Below are positions 36,052 to 48,800 of a DNA stretch of 64,000 bases, piece after piece. Where the stretch lies: the NCBI GenBank assembly GCA_002269645.1, contig NIVC01003687.1:18781-82780 (forward strand), written 5' to 3'. The stretch's first letter is position 1, and each line of letters begins with the position of its first letter. Under the pieces are notes generated by a model. The model did no database searches and was not told where the DNA came from. It worked only from the letters and a program-made list of their open reading frames with translations. Made by a program: the position numbers and the translations under genes. The DNA comes from Macrostomum lignano. Lineage: Eukaryota.

Positions 36052-38792
36052 ATGCCAGCAACAAATCTGAGCAGGGACGTAGTTAAGTGGCTTCAGAGTT
36101 TAGACTTGTCGTGGCAAGTTAAGAATCCTAAATGGTACGTTCTTTTAGTCATGTGTTGTTTGTTTCGTTTCGTAGTAATATTTAAAGAAAGTTTTTACGC
36201 ATTTACTTTTACACCGGACATCTTTTGATTTGTTTCAGGGATTTTTCGAACGGCTACCTCGTGGCTGAAATACTGTACTGGTATTTCTCAAGCGAAATAA
36301 CAATGCATTCATTTTATAATGGAAAGTCAATTGAAACGAAACTAAAAAACTGGCACTTACTGAAAGAGTGCTTCAAAAGGCACGAATTCAACATTCCTGA
36401 AGAAATAATCGAGGGAACGATTCATTGCAAGGAGGATGCCGCAGTTGCTTTGGTTAATCAGTTGTACGAAACTCTGACTCGCAGAAGGTAGTACAGCAGG
36501 CTTTAATACACTTAAATAACGATTTTGGTTTTACAATAACTTGCATGTACGTAATGTAAAAATTCCTTCTGCAGTCCGCAGACTTTTGGCAAGCCCACTT
36601 TCGACGACTCTCGCTATCAGCAAACACTAGAGCCCATCGCCAGGTCGAACGCCGTGAAGGCGTTGAAGAACAACATCAGTGTTACCGAGCTCAAAGTACA
36701 GCAGGATATTCTGACGAACCAACAGAAGGTAATCGTAGAAAGGCTAGAAGCTAGAATATGATTCTCCATAGACTAGACCTAGAATATGATTCTCCCTAGA
36801 CTAGAAAGCTAGAATATGATTCTCCGTAGACTAGAAAGCTAGAACATGATTCTCCCTAGACTAGAAAGCTAGAATATGATTCTCCCTAGACTAGAAAGCT
36901 AGAATATGATTCTCCGTAGACTAGAAAGCTAGAATATGATTCTCCATAGACTAGAAAGCTAGAATATGATTCTCCCTAGACTAGACCTAGAATATGATTC
37001 TCCCTAGACTAGAAAGCTAGAATATGATTCTCCCTAGACTAGAAAGCTAGAATATGATTCTCCGTAGACTAGAAAGCTAGAATATGATTCTCCCTAGACT
37101 AGAAAGCTAGAATATGATTCTCCATAGACTAGACCTAGAATATGATTCTCCCTAGACTAGAAAGCTAGAATATGATTCTCCGTAGACTAGAAAGCTAGAA
37201 TATGATTCTCCCTAGACTAGAAAGCTAGAATATGATTCTCCCTAGACTAGAAAGCTAGAATATGATTCTCCGTAGACTAGAAAGCTAGAATATGATTCTC
37301 CCTAGACTAGAAAGCTAGAATATGATTCTCCCTAGACTAGAAAGCTAGAATATGATTCTCCCTAGACTAGAAAGCTAGAATATGATTCTCCCTAGACTAG
37401 AAAGCTAGAATATGATTCTCCGTAGACTAGAAAGCTAGAATATGATTCTCCCTAGACTAGAAAGCTAGAATATGATTCTCCCTAGACTAGAAAGCTAGAA
37501 TATGATTCTCCCTAGACTAGAAAGCTAGAATATGATTCTCCGTAGACTAGAAAGCTAGAATATGATTCTCCCTAGACTAGAAAGCTAGAATATGATTCTC
37601 CGTAGACTAGAAAGCTAGAATATGATTCTCCGTAGACTAGAAAGCTAGAATATGATTCTCCCTAGACTAGAAAGCTAGAATATGATTCTCCATAGACTAA
37701 ACCTATATGATTCTCCATATACCAGAGCTATATGATTCTCCATAGACTAAACCTATATGATTCTCCATAGACTAGACCTATATGATTCTCCATATACCAG
37801 AGCTATATGATTCTCCATATACCAGAGCTATATGATTCTGCATAGTCTAAACCTATATAATTCTACATAGATCAGACCAAGAATGATTCTCCATAGACTA
37901 GACCTAGAATGGTTTCCCATAGACTAGACCTAGAATAGGATTCTTCATAGACTAAGACAATTCTCCATAGACTAGACCTAGAATGGTTTCCCATAGACTA
38001 GACCTAGAATAGGATTCTTCATAGACTAAGACAATTCTCGATAGACTAAATGTACATGTAAAACAGAATCGAATAGAATTACACCTAGCGGCCATCGCAC
38101 CTCAACCATTAAAAGTTCTGTATCCATGTCCAGTGACCTTATATTTGCCCCCAATCAAAATACATGTAAGCCACAAAGCTCAAAAAACCGCTCAAAACCC
38201 GCGCCAACGCCAACCCGCAGGCGCAGGCAATTCTGCACCAGCACGTGGAGAATCGGGCCAACGAGAGGCTGGAACAGCCGGGCCGGTTCGGCATCAAAAT
38301 GAGCCCCGGCCAGCGCTGCCTGCGCAAGCACCCCGGCCCCAACTACCAGGAGGAGCCGGTCGCGGCAGCGGACCTCGGCGGATTCGTTCGAGCAGACGAG
38401 AGCCGAGGTAACTGCGCACTGCATTGGCTCAGATAAAGGTTTTAGAGCAGATGAGCAACCCGCCCTCCCAGAACATGTCAATCAATTTGAGTGGTTATGA
38501 TGAATTGCCAAATTTTGCTTTTCAAACCAACAACTGGGTATTGGCTGCCGAAATTTATCATGTGACACCGAAATGAATGTGTGCATGCTTAGGGTTCAGT
38601 GGGAGGGGCCTGACTGCTGGCTTTGCGCCCACAGCCCCCTGCAAACTGGCTAGGGAATCCAGCCCGACACTGATGAAGCTAATTAATCCCATTGCAGCTC
38701 CGGCCGCAGCGCAAGAGGTCCGTGACGATTCGATGATCCGTGAGCTGCACGTGAGGCAGCAGCCAAAGTACGTGAACCCCGCCAATGCCTAG
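36052..38792 (+). CDS. SPATA4: Spermatogenesis-associated protein 4-like (CH-like domain), 5 exons, ~255 aa
   Basis: Exons 36052-36134, 36239-36487, 36575-36728, 38221-38407, 38698-38792. Motifs LSRDVVKWLQSLDLS, DFSNGYLVAEI, KLKNW, IIEGTIHCK, LYETLT, KNNISVTEL, IRELHVRQ. Confidence 0.88.
36745..38050. repeat. 30-bp minisatellite (AGAATATGATTCTCC[C/G]TAGACTAGAAAGCT)n, degrading at its 3' end
   Basis: SPATA4 intron 3; starts ~20 nt after the donor. Confidence 0.95.
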
Positions 38793-39184
38793 CCTAGATA
38801 TTCGCTAAGTTACTCTTTATTAACATGCAGGCTATGTACCAACAGAGACATGTCCTAAACTCTCTTTGACAAAGCTATGACTCAAAATTTAAATCTTATT
38901 TTGCTACAAAGCCTATTTGTAAGTTGTAACCCTGATGCCACAGATTGTCGTGTCGCTTTTGTGTGAATAGAATTATGACTTCAAATACTCGAAATAAACT
39001 TGAGAAACCGCAACCGAAATAGGATTCACTCTTTTACACTACACATGGAATCGTTTCTTTTTGTTGCGTTCAACACTAACCCCTTCAAGGCAGCGTGAAG
39101 TACTCATACATCAAGTACATCAAGTACTCTTATACTCATCGCGAGTCCTCAGCTATGAGGTCTCTGGGTGGCCGCGAGTTCGGT

Positions 39185-39500
39185 TCCAGTCCGAGAATCT
39201 GGGAGTCCTCGATAAGAGTCCCCGGATAGACATAGGACTGTTTCCAGTCCAAGAATCTGGGAGTCCTCGATAAGAGTCCCCGGATAGACACAGAACTGTT
39301 TCCAGTCCAAGAATTTGGGAGTCCTCGATAAGAGTCCACGAATAGACACAGGACTGTTTCCAGTCCAAGAATCTGGGAGTCCTCGATAAGAGTCCCCGGA
39401 TAGACACAGAACTGTTTCCAGTCCAAGAATCTGGGAGTCCTCGATAAGAGTCCCCGGATAGACACAGAACTGTCTCCAGTCCAAGAATCTGGGAGTCCCC
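39185..39500. repeat. 58-bp tandem repeat, about 5.5 copies
   Basis: TTTCCAGTCCAAGAATCTGGGAGTCCTCGATAAGAGTCC...; between the convergent SPATA4 and VPS52 3' ends. Confidence 0.92.
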
Positions 39501-39806
39501 GGTAAGATTTTCGGATCGACGCTGCAGCTCTTTTTTCAGTCCAGAGTTATTCAGAGGTCCGTGCACCGCGCCAGTTAAAAGCATTATTGAACCCGTATAC
39601 ATTGAACCGGTGGAACCCAGTACACCAGAAAATGATCAGCTCAAAAATCGGTGCAAAATATTTAAATAAAATCATAATTTTCAATCTCATATTTCATATG
39701 GCTATATATATTAATGAGGCTAACCAGAGATGCGGAATGCGCTGGAGTCATGAATCAAATTGAGAACAATAACAAAAACACAGCAGTCCAGTCAGGCACA
39801 ATCAGA

Positions 39807-42800
39807 CTAGAAAGTCGGTTTCAGCTTCTTCACCTCCACCATGATGTTGTGAATGTTGATGAGCTCGTTACGGCAGGCCATGGACCGGAACGGAGGCTGG
39901 GCCATGAGCTTGCCAAGGCGGGTGTAGTACTGCACCAGCTGGCTGAGTGCGGTCTGGCAACAGCGAGTTGGGGGGGGGGGGAGAGATGAGATCAGCCGTG
40001 TTAGGCTGCGGATTTATTACAACAATTTCCCAGCGCCCCAACTAAACATTTCGAAAGGGGTCGATTTCACGGGCGCAAAATTTTCAAATTGTCGAAGAAA
40101 GTGAGCTTTATTAAGCTCGAAACTTCTCAAGCTCGAAACTTCACAAGCTCGAAACTTCACAAGCTCGAAACTTCTCAAGCTCGAAACTTCTCAAGCTCGA
40201 AACTTCTCAAGCTCGAAACTTCTCAAGCTCGAAACTTCTCAAGCTCGAAACTTCTCAAGCTCGAAACTTCACAAGCTCGAAACTTCTCAAGCTCGAGACA
40301 TCAGAAAGTCGAAACTCCATAAGCTGGAAACTTCATAGGCTCAAAACTGACTAGCATGTGAAATTTCGAGCTGATAAAACTGCTGCCCCCCCCTTTGAGA
40401 TGCAGGGGTGCCTAAGTTGGGGTGCCTAAGAAGTAACTTCTTTTTACACGTGACGCACCAAAACAACAGTAGTTGTTTCTTTGCTGATTCACACACTGGA
40501 CAAGGGTAGATTTGTTCTTAACTTCAACAAACGCTTACCTGGAAGACCTCGGTGAAGTTCCTGAGGTTGGTGAAGGACGCCATGATCTGCTGGTTCATCC
40601 GCTCGCTGTTCGCCTTCCAGTTGGCGTTGAAGTCGCGCACCACCTGAGCTACGCGGGCCTCGTCGGCCAGGTGGCCGGTTACGCCGCGCTCCAGGCCGCT
40701 CTCGGCGTCGCGGACGAAGTTGACGAGCAGGCCGAACTCCTGGCAGAGCAGCTCCTCAACGAACTCGGCCACCCGACGGGCCAGCGGCTCGCGGAAGCCG
40801 AGCCAGCCGGCCAGGGCGGCCTCGTCCGGCAGGGCCTCGGACAGCACGGTCAGGGGGATGTCGTAGTTGTTGATCAGGCAGATCAGGCGCTCCGCGAGTG
40901 CGGGAACTCCCTGGCCAGACGCTGCAGGAAGGCGTCGACAGCGTCGCGTAGTTCGCCGAGCAGCGGTCGAAGCCGGGAGGCCTCCTCGCCGCTGGCCAGG
41001 ACAGGTGGAGCGGCGGCGGGGGCGGCTGCGGAGGCGGCGGCGGGGGCAGCGCCGGTGGCTCCGCTGCCCAGGTCGGTGACGCTGAGCAGGGCGCAGATGA
41101 ATTCTGCGTAGCGGCGCAGCACGGGGTGCGGCCGGGTGTCCAGGTGGCTGAACTTGGACGGATCACTGCGGGCCACGCTGAGGGTGTGGCTCTGCACCAG
41201 CTGGGTGAACCTGGGCCATATCAGGTCCGACATCAGAGTCCAGTAGCTGGGCAGGAGTGGAGGTGGTATATGCTTGAAAGGCTCATTCAGGATTCACTAA
41301 GGGCGGCCGTAGCCCGGTGGTCTGGCGCGGCGCTCTGAAGTGCCAGCGGCCCAGGCTCGATTCTACATGCAGTCAAATCAATTTGGAGCTAAATTGGAAT
41401 CTCGGCTTGGCTCTGCTCGTGCAATTAATGGCCTTGAGGGCCAACTACCAAGGCACAGTGAAGTGTACATGTCTAACGATAAATAAAGTTATAGAGCCGC
41501 TGTACTCTCTTGCGGAATGGGCAGTAATGCCTCTCGCCGGGTTGTGTAGGGCTCACTATGCATGAGGTCACTCCAGAGCTTAAAAGAGGTCATTCTGGGT
41601 TCACAAAATCAATCGAGAAATGATTGCAGCCCACCTGTCCAGCGCGGGCACCTGCCGCCGGTGCATGATGGCTTTGAACTTGGCCACCACCTGGATGCAC
41701 AGGTACAGAGCGATAGCGTCGTGACAGTCGGAGAAGTAGGCCTCCAGGGCCTTGTGAAACAGGCTGAGGGTCTTGCCCATGACCAGGTTGAACATGTTGA
41801 GCGCCTGGTTGCCGGACAGCACGAAGAAGTCGCAGAGGAAGAGATACTCGCGACAGCTGTTGTCTAGCAGGGCGTAGTGCAGTGAGCGAAACAGCGACTC
41901 GAATGTGAACTTCTGGTCCGAGGCCTGCGAAAGAGATAGCGGTGCGCGGTAGTCTACTTCAAGTAGAATAGATGGGGTAACAGTTGCTCATTTTGACAAT
42001 GCGCCGATTAACATACCCTATAGGTAAGAGAGTAAAAAACGAAAACATGAGATCGCTTGCTAGAATTTGATAGATTGACCAGCAGATTAAAGTCTATTAT
42101 CAGCATATTGGCAAGGCGGATGAAATAATTGACCGATATATAAGCAGATGGATGTGCAGATTGGCAGAGATCGATAAGCGAATAGGCAGATTGGCAGATA
42201 GATGAGCAAATTGCCAGATAGATGAATAGAATGGCAAATAGATTAGCAGATTGGCAGATAGATAAGCAGATTGACAAATAGATTAGCAGATTGGCAGATA
42301 GATGAGTGACTTGGCAGATAGATAAGCAGAATGGTAGATACATGAGCTAATTGGCAGATAGATGAGTAGAATGACAGCTAGATTAGCAGATCGGCGGATA
42401 AATGAGCAGCTTGGCAGATAGATGAGCAGCTTGGCAGATAGATGAGTGACTTGACAGATAGATGAGTGACTTGGCAGATAGATGAGTGACTTGGCAGATA
42501 GATGAGTGACTTGGCAGATAGATGAGCAGATTAGCAGATAGATGAGCAGAATGGAAGATACATGAGCGAATTGGCAGATAGATGAGCAGATTAGCAGAGA
42601 GATGAGCAGAATGGAAGATACATGAGCGAATTGGCAGATAGATGAGCAGGCTATAAATAAGTGTCACACCTGCGCCGCATGCGGAATAATAATCGGCGCC
42701 TCCAGATCGGCGCCCACAACGGCGCCCCGACTGCCCAGTGAGAAGACGGTGGCTTTGTTGCGCAGAGTCTGCCTGGAGCTGAACAGGCTGCGCCGTGTCG

Positions 42801-45800
42801 GCTCCTCCATGCCCATGACGTCATCTCGGTCGGCCAGGATGTTGAACTGCAGCTTCATGAGACGGCTCTGGTACTCCTTGAAGTAGGAGTAGTACATCTT
42901 GCTGGTGGTGTCCAGGTATTCGTCGCTGACCTCCTTCGCCACGTGGCGCTCGTTGTTGATGAGAAATTCGTTGAAGAATCTATCAGAGAATTTGGATTCA
43001 GTAGTTTGACAGACATTTTTGTGAAATCCGCTCGAAATATGCGGGATATTATATGTACTGATAGTTTGATCGGTTGATCAGCAAATTGATAGAATGACCT
43101 GCAGTTTGATAAATTGATCAGCCAGATAGATCTATCAGCAGATAGATGAGCATAGTGGCAGATAGATGAGCATAGTGGCAGATAGATGAGCACAGTGGCA
43201 GATATATGAGCATAGTGGCAGATAGATGAGAATAGTGGTAGATAGATGAGCACAGTGGCAGATAGATGAGCACAGTGGCAGATATATGAGCATAGTGGCA
43301 GATAGATAAGCACAGTGGCAGATATATGAGCATAGTGGCAGATAGATGAGCACAGTGGCAGATATATGAGCATAGTGGCAGATAGATGAGAATAGTGGTA
43401 GATAGATGAGCACAGTGGCAGATAGATGAGCACAGTGGCAGATATATGAGCATAGTGGCAGATAGATGAGCACAGTGGCAGATATATGAGCATAGTGGCA
43501 GATAGATGAGAATAGTGGCAGATAGATAAGAGTAGTGGCAGATAGATGAGCACAGAGGCAGATAGATAAGCATAGTGGTAGATAGATGAGCATAACGGCA
43601 GATAAATAAGCACAGTGGCAGATAGATGAGCACAGTAGCAGCTATAGATGGGCACAGTGGCAGATAGATGAGCACAGTGGCAGCTATAGATGGGCACAGT
43701 GGCAGATAGATGAGCACAGTAGCAGCTATAGATGGGCACAGTGGCAGATAGATGAGCACAGTGGCAGCTATAGATGGGCACAGTGGCAGATAGATGAGCA
43801 CAGTAGCAGCTATAGATGGGCACAGTGGCAGATAGATTAGCACACTGGCAGCTATAGATGGGCACAGTGGCAGATAGATGAGCATCGTAGCAGTTACAGA
43901 TGAGCACAGTGGCAGATAGATGAATAGTACTCGCTCACCTGTACTTGAGCATGGTGTTCTGAGCATTCTGGTAATTAGTCATTGGCTTTCTAAAGCTGTA
44001 AATTTTCTGCATTAGAAAGTCGCGAATCTTGGAGATGGCCTTCAGCTTGAGCTTCTCCAGGATGTCGCGGACATCGGCGCAGGAGCGGGCCTCCTTGTAA
44101 GATTGCTCCTTGACGAAGTTGATCTTGTGATTGAGCTCGTGCAGCTGCTCAAGGAACTGACGCTCCGTGACTGGCGTATCCAGGATGTGGCTGATCATCT
44201 GCTCCGGCACCACCATTTCGTCGACAAACTGGCTGAGTTCGCCGCGGACAGCTTGGCGATTCTTCAGCTTGACATTCATGCGAACGGATTCCTGCTGCAG
44301 CTGCTGGATCTCCTGGCTCATGTTGCCCAGGTCCGACTGGAACTCGCACAGCATCGCCTCCATGCGCTGCGAGGGGTGCAAAAGTTGGGCAGCTCAGCTG
44401 GTTGCTCACTTCAGTGACACATCTGGTTGCTCACTTCAGTGACACATCTGGTTGCTCACTTCAGTGACACATCTGGTTGCTCACTTCAGTGACACATCTG
44501 GTTGCTCACTTCAGTGACACATCTGGTTGCTCACTTCAGTGACACATCTGGTTGCTCACTTCAGTGACACATCTGGTTGCTCACTTCAGTGACACATCTG
44601 GTTGTTCACTTCAGTGACACATCTGGTTGCTCACTTCAGTGACACATCTGGTTGCTCACTTCAGTGACACATCTGGTTGCTCACTTCAGTGACACATCTG
44701 GTTGCTCACTTCAGTGACACATCTGGTTGCTCACTTCAGTGACACATCTGGTTGCTCACTTCAGTGACACATCTGGTTGCTCACTTCAGCGACACATCTG
44801 GTTGCTCACTTCAGTGACACATCTGGTTGCTCACTTCAGTGACACATCTGGTTGTTCACTTCAGCGACACATCTGGTTGCTCACTTCAGTGACACATCTG
44901 GTTGCTCACTTCAGCGACACATCTGGTTGCTCACTTCAGTGACACATCTGGTTGCTCACTTCAGTGACACATCTGGTTGTTCACTTCAGCGACACATCTG
45001 GTTGTTTACTTCAGTGACACATCTGGTTGTTCACTTCAGTGACACATCTGGTTGCTCACTACAGTGACACATCTGGTTGCTCACTACAGTGACACATCTG
45101 GTTGCTCACTACAGTGACACATCTGGTTGCTCACTACAGTGACACATCTGGCAAGGATCACTGTAGTAGAAGGACTTGGCTCTCATGAATCACGAAAAAA
45201 ATGTTGAAAGCTGCTTTTCTGTCTGCCGGCTCGCCATATGCGTGCAACCATATTTTTTTAATCTCTGCTATTCGACTTCCTCATTGAGTCAAGAATATGT
45301 AGCCGTATTCAAACCTTCAATACGTTTTGAGTGTTTAATTACGTTTCACAGTATTGTAATAATCAGGTATTGAATGTTATTGCTTAGTAACAACAAACGC
45401 TTCGATTTATCAGTTTGTTGCCTGACTGTATCAGCCAGTTGTGAGCTTGGACTACTCTACTAATTGACCTAGATCACTGAGTGGAATGCTATTTTGCTCT
45501 TATAATAGAACTTGCAAGCATTTCTTTAGTTGATGGCTTGTTGGAAATTAATGGTTTAATAAGTTGTTTTGATTGTTGTGATAGCAGTAAGTATATTGTC
45601 AGGTCCTAGTATTTTTCACTTTACTAAACATTGCCTATACGATTGCAGTTCAACACAACTATGGTGACAGCTGTAGTGCAATATTTTGTGAAAAATGTGT
45701 AAACATAGTACCGGCATATGCTGTATTTGTAGGCTGTATGCAGACTGACAGATTATATATTGGAATTGATATGTTTTTTGGCAGAATAGGTTATTTAATA

Positions 45801-48800
45801 AATTGTTTTTTAATATTATACATATTAAAAATGCAATTTCGGATTTTTTGTTGTAATTACTCGTATAATAAAATAACTGTTGTATATTAAAAGGAATGAC
45901 TGGAAACTAAAACGGCCCTTCTCAGGGCCACCCAAACTTACTTAGCGGTCGAGGTTAGAAATTACTGGAGGCACGAAATATGCAAAGTATGGAGAACACG
46001 ATGATGCGGTCTAGTTTTTAAATGCTAAAAATAAAAACTCTTCGCCCAGCGCGCGGAGTAAGAATATTGTTCCTACAGTGCACGTCTGGCACCAACCAGC
46101 GTAAACAGCCCTAGGCTCGTTCTTTGAGTTTTTTCCTTTGTGCTAACAGAACAATAACAATATTCAATAATTGCTTCTTATTACACTTTTCTATACTACT
46201 AGGATTTTGAGTTTGAGACAAAGCTATGGAATAAAAATTAAGGTATGCGAAATGGAGTATAATTCAATAACTCTACTATACTACTTAATCATCTAAGTAC
46301 GGCAAATATAGGTCAGCTGCAACGTCTGCAAGAAATGTAACAGCTGTTACAGTTAGCATATTCAAGCTACTTTCATGTTTCAAGTAAATTTATTTACTTT
46401 AAGTTTAGTTTTTTTTAAATCCTTAACTTTAAGTTTAAATGACTATAATCAGTGATTAGCCTAGTCACTTTTGTTTTGAAAATTACTTGTATATTTATAT
46501 TTATTATACACGCTACTACTTATAGTATTATTGTATTGTGCTAGTATTTTAGCATGTCTACTTGTTATAATTCAAATATTAGATATTATACATAGTACAA
46601 AATACAAAGTAGTCTAGAAAGGTTTGTCACTTCACTTTTCTCAATATGCATTGCAATATATTGGATCAAAGTTATTGCATTAGATTTTCTTAGCATATTT
46701 TGTCTCCCAGACTGCAAGAGTAACTCTATGACACTGGTGAGAGAATGCCAATATACAGCTTTTCCAATGAAGAAGATGGCTATGCTGTGTGGAAGAATGC
46801 TCTGCCATCTGAAGTTAAGGTGAGAAAACATTAAAGACCATTGATTGTGCTTTGCATTCAAGAATGTAACTTACTCTCCTAGTTTCTTTACTCGCCTACA
46901 AGTTCTCTACGCCTGACCCACCCTAGTGAGTATTACCGATTTTGTCTACAATATTGCTTACTCTGATTCCAGCCATTAACACTCAGGATCTTATTCATTT
47001 CAGAGAAATCCAGAAACGTTCATCACCCAGGCATCACTTTGAGCCAGCGGGCTCAGGTTTCTGATGAGCTTCAGACATTCAATACCAGCGATAAGATCGG
47101 ATCCTGGAGCTGCTTTCTTGATAGCCCCGAGTGTGTGCCCAACGGATGGATAGTGCAATGCAATGATTCGTGCATTCAATTTGTCGTCATCTGTCAGAAG
47201 ACAGTAAAATGTTCTGTTTCTATTTGGCCCGATTTCTCAGTAAATTCACATCGCCACAACACTGCGGTTGTTGTGGCAGAACTACTGGGCTTTAACAAGC
47301 TATTTGAATGCTTCAGTCAATTAGAGGCGATTCTGCATCGAATGAAACACTCTATGAAAAATCCGGTAAAGAAATTCACTGCACATTTGGTAGCCTTACA
47401 ACCATACTGTCAGGAGTTCAAGCAGCGGCAGTCTTTTCTTGTTCGGCAACTGCACCTCAGTGTTGCGCAAGTGCACGGAGTTCGGTATAACGCCGAGAAT
47501 ATATTAACAGTTGCGAAATTAGATTTCTTCAGTCGCGCAGGCTATCGCACCATACGGGAATTCGCTTCTCTAATTTTGAAGCTACATTTGGAGAAATGTA
47601 CGCTCGAACAACGCTACTGCTCTGTACGAGTACCGTAAAATTTGACCAAGTATACGTACAGCCTTCACTGCGCCTAACCGGCTGTCGTCTAGTGAGTGGG
47701 CTTTGCTGAGGATGCCCCACAGCAGCAGGCATGTACAGTTTTAGCTGTATGGTAAAACCCTTTATGGATGCATCAGCTTTCGTTGCTTGGCTGGTCCTGA
47801 TATACGTTGGTTTGACAAGTTTGAGCACAAGGAAGACAAACAATGGTGCGCTGTGAATCCAGCGGACCCTCAGAAACCACTGTTCCTCTTGTTTGATACA
47901 GTGCACATTCTAAAGGATATCCGTAAAAATTAACTAGGCCTACAAGGAAATAGCCTTCCAACCAGCACCCGAAGAACCCCCACGCCGAGCCCGATGGAAT
48001 GACTTAGTTCAGGTTGAGGAGAGCTCGCGCCAACATGCAGTTTATCCAACCACACTTAACCCAGGTTGCTTGCAATCCATCACCTCTGGAACGACAGGTG
48101 TCACTGGTGCTCGACATTTTTTAATGAAAAAACTGATGCAGCATCTCGCCTGATCGGTCACAGAAGCACGGAGGATTTCATCAATCAGGTACTAATGTTT
48201 TGGAAAATAGTTTATTCCAAGTCCGTCGAGTCTCACATTGTATTTAATGATCAACTCAAAGCTCCGGTGACGTCTATAGATTCTGACAGCATAGCAAAGC
48301 TGCTAAATTTCTCGGCTATGGTTGAGCGCATGCCTGGTGGACGAGGTGCTGGGCGCACCAGATCTCTGACTACAGACACCCAGAAGGCAATTATGCAAAC
48401 AGTTCATGGCCTTGTCGACCTAAGCCAGTGTTTACTCTCCGAGATTAGATTTTCGTATGTGCTGTTAGGTAAGCTCTCAGTACTTACTGAAACTATCAAT
48501 AGGTTGCACCTAACCACAAGTTAAAATGACCTCTTTGCTTCACAGGTGAACTTCAGTCGGATAGACTGGAGGACGAGTTTGGTCCTGACCGCCAAGGGCA
48601 CGGAGGATACTTTTATTTGTAGGTAGATCAAATTTTGGCCAGCACTAGACTTCGACGAATGCAACTCTATTATAAATTACAGAAGACTGATCTGAGTCCA
48701 GCGCAGCCACCTTGCTGCACGGAAGGGATTAAGGAGGCCGACGTGGAAGTACTGGACCAGCTGCCAGAGAAAGTTAATAGCACCACAGTGTATGAGAAGG

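Noticed and set aside
40030-40430. Partial inverted ends (GCGCCCCAAC / GTTGGGGTGC) around the 16-bp array, suggesting a MITE
   Set aside because: Match is too short and no TSD was identified.
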